Assembly: GCA_963701855.1 (NCBI GenBank)
Contig: CAVPBK010000011.1
Span: 192,001-256,000 of the forward strand
Origin: Nitrospirota bacterium
GTDB lineage: Bacteria; Nitrospirota; Nitrospiria; Nitrospirales; Nitrospiraceae
DNA length: 64,000 nt
Direction: 5' to 3'
Shown here: one piece after another, positions 63,270-64,000 of the stretch
Position numbering within the stretch: position 1 is the stretch's first letter
Layout: each line of letters begins with the position of its first letter
Translations under genes and position numbers: made by a program
Notes under the pieces: generated by a model
The model's input: the letters and a program-made list of their open reading frames with translations, nothing else
The model's database searches: none
What the model was told of the DNA's origin: nothing

Positions 63270-64000
63270 AGGAACTTGTGCACCCTTTTCCACCGTCGAC
63301 ACAACAAGCATCCCCATCACAACCGCTCAACCTACAAAGGGTCACTGTGCAGGACGGACATCGACAGTCGCCTGGCAATCCGACCAACACGCAAGCCGTT
63401 AAATTGACCTTGAATCAGGTCAACTTTTTTTATGGAGACCGCCAGGCCCTCTTCAAGATCGATATCGAAATCATTAAAAATCAGGTCACGTCGTTCATTG
63501 GGCCATCCGGCTGTGGGAAGTCTACCTTGCTGCGATGCCTCAATCGGCTCAACGACTTGATTGAAGGCGCTCGGTTAGAAGGTACCATGCTGCTTGACGG
63601 CATGGATATCTACGGCCCCAACGTGGATATTACCGACCTGAGAAAACGTGTCGGGATGGTTTTTCAGAAATCGAACCCCTTTCCGAAATCGATCTACGAA
63701 AACGTGGCCTATGGGCCGCGTCTTCATGGAATAAAAAACCGTAGCCAGTTGGATCAAATTGTGGAAGAGGGAATTAAGGGCGCAGGGCTCTGGGATGAAG
63801 TGAAAGATCGTCTCCATGCAAGCGCGTTCGGTCTCTCCGGAGGGCAACAACAACGGCTCTGTATCGCTCGCGCGCTCGCGGTTAAACCGGATGTCTTGTT
63901 GATGGACGAGCCCTGCTCGGCGCTGGATCCTGTGGCCACTGCAAAAATTGAAGAACTGCTCTTTTCCTTGAAGCAAGATCTGACAGTCGTCATTGTTACC
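63266..64000 (+). CDS. pstB: Phosphate ABC ATPase (partial, runs off right edge)
   Basis: Manual translation from ATG at 63266: [48 protein letters not shown]. Confidence 0.95.
   Translation, partial: MKELVHPFPPSTQQASPSQPLNLQRVTVQDGHRQSPGNPTNTQAVKLTLNQVNFFYGDRQALFKIDIEIIKNQVTSFIGPSGCGKSTLLRCLNRLNDLIEGARLEGTMLLDGMDIYGPNVDITDLRKRVGMVFQKSNPFPKSIYENVAYGPRLHGIKNRSQLDQIVEEGIKGAGLWDEVKDRLHASAFGLSGGQQQRLCIARALAVKPDVLLMDEPCSALDPVATAKIEELLFSLKQDLTVVIVT

Overview
Bacterial genomic window, most likely from a Nitrospira-like organism (inferred from gene content and from an intergenic repeat family I recall from Nitrospira genomes; not verified by search). It has three blocks. (1) About 1-42.6 kb is a large, mostly minus-strand Wzx/Wzy-type surface-polysaccharide locus: gmd, fcl, two Wza-like exporters, an OM beta-barrel, Wzc, a NusG/RfaH paralogue, nucleotide-sugar enzymes, glycosyltransferases, an MBOAT+SGNH acylation pair, deacetylases, methyltransferases, Wzy and a flippase. 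An ExeA-like ATPase-TPR gene, a secreted beta-helix protein and IS3 debris lie at its left end, and seven genes carry small-indel frameshifts. (2) 42.7-53.5 kb is a type II secretion cluster (gspC-E-F-G-H-I-J-N-L-M-K; no gspD or gspO in the window). (3) 53.8-64 kb is a phosphate-acquisition region with three 11-bp-periodic Pho-box arrays, an Slp lipoprotein, an OprO/P-like porin, two lipoproteins and pstSCAB. The most unusual signal is non-coding. A modular MITE-like family has 4-bp YTAR target duplications, three TIR copies, a 53-59 nt segment that differs between copies and a swappable central hairpin. It is linked to 6/7-nt tandem-repeat hairpins, one of which encloses a four-helix-bundle (23S-IVP/Avd-like) gene. 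I found no rRNA, tRNA or CRISPR array.
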